Part shown: piece by piece, positions 60,352-64,000 of the stretch
Numbering within the stretch: the stretch's first letter is position 1
Layout: each line of letters begins with the position of its first letter
Assembly: GCA_965218785.1 (NCBI GenBank)
Contig: OZ244650.1
Span: forward strand, 1,216,001 to 1,280,000
From: Nitrosopumilus sp.
Lineage (GTDB): Archaea > Thermoproteota > Nitrososphaeria > Nitrososphaerales > Nitrosopumilaceae
Direction: 5' to 3'
Length of the DNA stretch: 64,000 bases
Translations under genes and position numbers: made by a program
The notes under the pieces: generated by a model
The model's input: only the letters and a program-made list of their open reading frames with translations
What the model was told of the DNA's origin: nothing
Database searches by the model: none

Positions 60352-60531
60352 AGGGAATATGCGGACTATTACAACGAGTCAAGACTGCACTTTTCACGTG
60401 ACATTGACAACTATGAGACCCCGCTTATGGCTTTTAGAAACAAAAAGACCACAGATGCGATCAGAAAAAACAACTAGGAATGGATGGAGAATGATGCAGA
60501 TGATTAGCGGACGTACTTTTCATATAATGCA
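60352..60531 (+). mobile_element. IS481-like transposase 3' remnant with right end
   Basis: EYADYYNESRLHFSRDIDNYETPLMAFRNKK..NN*EWMENDADD*, followed by GTACTTTTCATATAATGCA. Confidence 0.65.
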
Positions 60532-60834
60532 GAAATTAGTCCAGTCAAATAAACTTAAAAATAAGTCTCTTGTACATAACGTAATCTCTCATTAGGGGAT
60601 GGAACCCTAGCAGATGTAACTTGTAAGGGAAGATCTGGGCACCGCCTGAGAGTGCTATTCTATTTTTAAATCACAATATAACTATTCAAATAATCTTACG
60701 ATCCCTTACAATTTTTACACAGTAATTTATCCCATGACTCTTGTTTGCAAATCTATCAGATTTTATTTCAGATTCAATCCATCTTAACGATTGTTTTTCT
60801 GTATCAACATAAACGATTGTGATTTTTCTCAATT

Positions 60835-61059
60835 TCACTTTGAAATTACTTTGAGGGAAATTATTTCAGGATATTGTTTCAAAATTAATTCGGATTCGGT
60901 AATTGCAGCATCCCAGCTTTCAAATTTTTTAATCGCAGTGTGATCATAATCAGTATTTTTGTTCCTCGCATCCTTATTTTGATAATCTGACATTTGATTT
61001 TGAAGATATTTACAAAAATCTTCATTCGGACATGTTATATGAAATTCGTATTTCTTCAA
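60835..61059 (-). CDS. Small hypothetical protein, 74 aa
   Basis: ORF track; AT-rich; no recognisable motif. Confidence 0.5.
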   Translation of the reverse strand: MKKYEFHITCPNEDFCKYLQNQMSDYQNKDARNKNTDYDHTAIKKFESWDAAITESELILKQYPEIISLKVISK

Positions 61060-61303
61060 TATTCTACAACTCCAAATATTTTATATTTATTTGTTAAGGG
61101 GTTGATTTTTAGCTTGTTTGTGGGATTGTTATTTTTATGACTAGTCATGATTTGTCTGGTTTAATAGATATTTTAAAAATAGCGATCAGAAAAAAATAGA
61201 TTTATGAGTAAAACTAGTATAAAAAAAAGGAAACAGTTCACTACTATTCTAGACAGAAAAGACGATTTTATTTCCGGGCTCATGTAACGTACACTTTGCT
61301 CTC

Positions 61304-61481
61304 ATGAACATTACGATCAAGAAAAGACACGGAATCAGTGGTCTGATTCAGGTCGCAGCGATTGTAGGAACTGATCATCTTTACGGGTGTTTTATTCACC
61401 TTTGCAGCCGACATATTTGACATGCAGACAGTTGCGGGATCCGTATACCTCCAAAAATCCTCTGGTTCAGGTGGATTCTAG
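61304..61481 (+). pseudogene. Type IV pilin/archaellin-like gene remnant (class III signal peptide), frameshifted and interrupted
   Basis: MNITIKKRHG|ISGLIQVAAIVG, then after a +1 shift LIIFTGVLFTFAADIFDMQTVAGSVYLQK, which runs into mini-element copy B. Confidence 0.65.
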
Positions 61482-61510
61482 TGATCTGATCATCAAAATG
61501 CACCAGAACC
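61464..61510 (+). mobile_element. 47-bp palindromic mini-element, copy B
   Basis: GGTTCAGGTGGATTCTAGTGATCTGATCATCAAAATGCACCAGAACC; its ends are inverted repeats. Confidence 0.7.
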
Positions 61511-61655
61511 TAAGATTTTAGTTCCACCTACCTCGTAAAACCTGCCTTTTTTTGAGATTGTTATATGTGAGGCATAAGGACATTCAAAAATTTCATAAAA
61601 TTCAAAACAACTCTTTTTGCATCTTTATAAATAATCAATATGTCATTAGTATGAA

Positions 61656-62513
61656 ATGAGAGAAAGTTTGATTCCTAGAAAAAAAGGAATTCGTATTGAT
61701 ACCAAGAAAGATTATTCCATTCCTACTGATAGTGAGAAAGGATTTCCGTTATTAGATTTAACAGAAGAATATTTTGGATTTAATGATCTAATTATTGATG
61801 ATGAAACAAAAGAGAGATTGGAGTACATTATTGCAGAAAATCAAAATTTGAAGAAATTGCGTTCTTTTGGACTAAAACCCAAACAGAAGGTTTTATTTTG
61901 TGGACCGCCTGGGACTGGAAAAACTTTGAGTGCTAAAATTATGAGCAGTGTAGTTGGATATCCTTTTGTCTATGTACTATTTGATTCCATTCTGTCTTCA
62001 TTCTTGGGACAAACCGCTACGAATCTTAGAAAAATTTTTGATTTTATTGAACAAGACAAATTTGTTGTACTTTTTGATGAATTTGATATTGTTGGTAAGA
62101 AACGAGATGATCCTCAAGAACATGGCGAAGTAAAACGCGTTGTTAACAATTTTATGCAAATGATTGACAATTATGATGGCAACAGTATTCTGATTGCTGC
62201 TACTAATCATCCTCAATTGCTTGATACCGCAGTATGGAGAAGATTTGATGAAGTAATAGAATTCAAAAATCCCACAAAACAACAACGAAAGGAATTATTT
62301 AAAAAATATCTTGGCGTGTTAAAGAAAAATGAAGAACTGGACATTGAAAAGCTTTCATCATTGACTGCAAAATACTCCTCATCAGATATCTCTACTATTT
62401 GTGAAGATGCTTTAAGAAGAAATGTCATTCATGACAGATCTACAATAAAAAATGAGGATGTTCTTTGGGCTATTAAAGAACAGAAACGTAGAAAAAGCAT
62501 TATGTTACTATAG
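61656..62513 (+). CDS. Single-domain AAA+ ATPase, IetA-like
   Basis: GPPGTGKT, SSFLGQTATNLRKIFDF, FDEFDIVGKKRDDPQEHGEVKRVVN and AATNHPQLLDTAVWRRFD. Confidence 0.85.
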   Translation: MRESLIPRKKGIRIDTKKDYSIPTDSEKGFPLLDLTEEYFGFNDLIIDDETKERLEYIIAENQNLKKLRSFGLKPKQKVLFCGPPGTGKTLSAKIMSSVVGYPFVYVLFDSILSSFLGQTATNLRKIFDFIEQDKFVVLFDEFDIVGKKRDDPQEHGEVKRVVNNFMQMIDNYDGNSILIAATNHPQLLDTAVWRRFDEVIEFKNPTKQQRKELFKKYLGVLKKNEELDIEKLSSLTAKYSSSDISTICEDALRRNVIHDRSTIKNEDVLWAIKEQKRRKSIMLL

Positions 62514-62527
62514 TATCATATTCCTGA

Positions 62528-62574
62528 TGATCTGGTGTATTTTGGTGATCAGATCACTATTTTGCATCAGAACC
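62528..62574 (-). mobile_element. 47-bp palindromic mini-element, copy C (inverted relative to A and B)
   Basis: Reverse complement is GGTTCTGATGCAAAATAGTGATCTGATCACCAAAATACACCAGATCA. Confidence 0.7.
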
Positions 62575-62648
62575 TAGCGAGTCCAATCTGGAGAAGAACA
62601 TATTTCACGTTTCATTCCTAGCATCCGATAATTTTAGAGCCCTTTGAT

Positions 62649-62867
62649 GTAAAGCGGCATATAGTAAAACCCACTTTACAAAGACTTTGTAAAGCAAAAA
62701 GCACTTTACAAAGTTTGTAAAGCGGCATATAGTAAAACCCACTTTACAAAGACTTTGTAAAGCAAAAAGCACTTTACAAAGTTTGTAAAGCGGCATATAG
62801 TAAAACCCACTTTACAAAGACTTTGTAAAGCAAAAAGCACTTTACAAAGTTTGTAAGGCAAAAAGCA
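62649..62867. repeat. Perfect 68-bp tandem repeat x3 plus a partial copy; each unit holds two CTTTACAAA/TTTGTAAAG palindromes
   Basis: Units start at 62649, 62717 and 62785: GTAAAGCGGCATATAGTAAAACCCACTTTACAAAGACTTTGTAAAGCAAAAAGCACTTTACAAAGTTT. Confidence 0.95.
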
Positions 62868-62896
62868 TTTTTTAATCACCACAGTCATAATACATC

Positions 62897-64000
62897 ATGA
62901 GCACATTCTGGGAGGATTTTGAGCTGATGGCAAATCCATACGATTCTAAACCATTGTTATCTGACAAGAAAAGCAGAGAATTATTCATAGGTAGAGAAAA
63001 AGAACTGGAAAAATTAGGCATAATGTTCCGCGGTGGTAAAGAAGGGATAATTTTGATTGAAGGGGAAGTCGGGATAGGCAAAACCAGCTTTGTGAATATT
63101 TTTCAATATGACATGTATAAAAAATTGAAAATATTGCCATCATTTGAAAAAATTGAATTGACAAAAAACGTTGATCCTGTAAATTTCATGCTATCTGTTT
63201 TTTCCAACATGATTTTTAATCTTGAAAAATCTGTCGGAAGTTCATCATTAAACAAATATCCAACACATAGAGAGGCAAAGGCATTGATAGTACAATCCAT
63301 TGATAGGGGATGGGGAGGTAGTGTTACAATTGCAGGATTTGGAGGTGGACTGTCTTCACAACAATCCAAATCCACACCACCAACCATGTTGCTGCCTACA
63401 ATCCTTAATTTGATGGATAAATGGATAGAATTGGTAATAGAAAAAACGAAATTTACTTCCATAATAATGGCAATTGATAATCTGGATATTATTTCTGATC
63501 AAGATGTGATGGATTTTCTTAACTCCATGAGAGATAATTTAATTGGACGAAGACATGTCTGGTGGATGATAATAGGTGAAAAGGGTCTCTTGTCAATAAT
63601 ACAAAAGAGAGCTCACAGAGTAAGTGAAGTTATTACCGGACGCCCGATAGTTATAGAGCCACTAACTGAAAGTGAGATTAACAATATGATACAAATTCGT
63701 TACCGGAATTTATCAAAGAAAAACAACACCCCATTGATAGTTCCAAAGGAAATAATCAAAATGCTTTATGAAGTATCAAATGGGGAAACGAGGTATATTT
63801 TAAAACAGTCAACAGATTTGATTTATGCGTTTATCACGGATTTTCCAACGATACGGAAAATTCCCTTGCAAGTCGCACGAAAAATGTTGTTTGTAGACGC
63901 TCAAAAGCATGTTTTGGGAGCAAATATGACAAGGCGACAGTATGATCTGCTGGCACTTGCCGCAGAAATCTGCGTGTTTAGACTCAAAGATTTTAAAAAA
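62897..64000 (+). CDS. P-loop ATPase (Cdc6/KAP/STAND-like); runs off the right edge; not in the ORF track
   Basis: MSTFWEDFELMANPY..LFIGREKELEKL..LIEGEVGIGKTS (Walker A)..IMAIDNLD (Walker B)..EVSNGETRYIL; frame open to 64000. Confidence 0.88.
   Translation, partial: MSTFWEDFELMANPYDSKPLLSDKKSRELFIGREKELEKLGIMFRGGKEGIILIEGEVGIGKTSFVNIFQYDMYKKLKILPSFEKIELTKNVDPVNFMLSVFSNMIFNLEKSVGSSSLNKYPTHREAKALIVQSIDRGWGGSVTIAGFGGGLSSQQSKSTPPTMLLPTILNLMDKWIELVIEKTKFTSIIMAIDNLDIISDQDVMDFLNSMRDNLIGRRHVWWMIIGEKGLLSIIQKRAHRVSEVITGRPIVIEPLTESEINNMIQIRYRNLSKKNNTPLIVPKEIIKMLYEVSNGETRYILKQSTDLIYAFITDFPTIRKIPLQVARKMLFVDAQKHVLGANMTRRQYDLLALAAEICVFRLKDFKK

Noticed and set aside
62649-62867. CRISPR array
   Set aside because: The sequences between palindromes are identical rather than unique spacers, and no cas genes are present.
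62605-62888. Short minus-strand ORFs of 63 and 60 aa
   Set aside because: They are translations of the non-coding tandem repeat.
1-64000. tRNA, rRNA or integrase att sites
   Set aside because: None were recognisable by eye; a tRNAscan-SE or Infernal run would be needed to exclude them formally.

Overview
The window looks like a Nitrosopumilaceae-type (Thaumarchaeota) archaeal chromosome segment. This is inferred from the small conserved hypothetical genes, a CDC48 N-domain, TATA-type promoters and a class III pilin signal. The abundance of NHL repeats, IS debris and defence genes would fit a host-associated lineage such as a sponge symbiont, but that is inference only. Left (1-7.3 kb) is a defence/mobile island: an N4/N6 DNA methyltransferase, a 47-aa Zn-finger gene, a double-SWIM IS6-like DDE transposase, an anti-phage-type P-loop/dCTP deaminase and a 708-aa wHTH/AbiEi-like/nucleotidyltransferase fusion with a palindromic operator. 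The centre (11.9-52.7 kb, minus strand) is one ~41-kb gene for a giant surface protein, seen as a 13,066-aa ORF plus a 467-aa signal-peptide ORF separated by a ~230-bp corrupted junction. It is built from Ig-like and SwmB-like stalk domains, seven NHL beta-propeller clusters, six copies of an unnamed propeller-like module, and three copies of a Cys-containing domain ending in W-T-x-H-F-T-V-F-G, which resembles the GAIN/ZU5/Nup98 autoproteolysis site. Right (53-64 kb) holds a wHTH regulator, an ABC/AAA_21 ATPase with a truncated partner, a metallophosphoesterase, a stand-alone CDC48 N-domain and core-like genes. It ends in a decayed mobile zone with IS3 and IS481 remnants, a Clp-fold protease pseudogene, a pilin pseudogene, three copies of a 47-bp palindromic mini-element, an orphan IetA-like AAA ATPase, and a 3x68-bp palindrome array just upstream of a P-loop ATPase. 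All family assignments come from motif recognition by eye; no searches were run.
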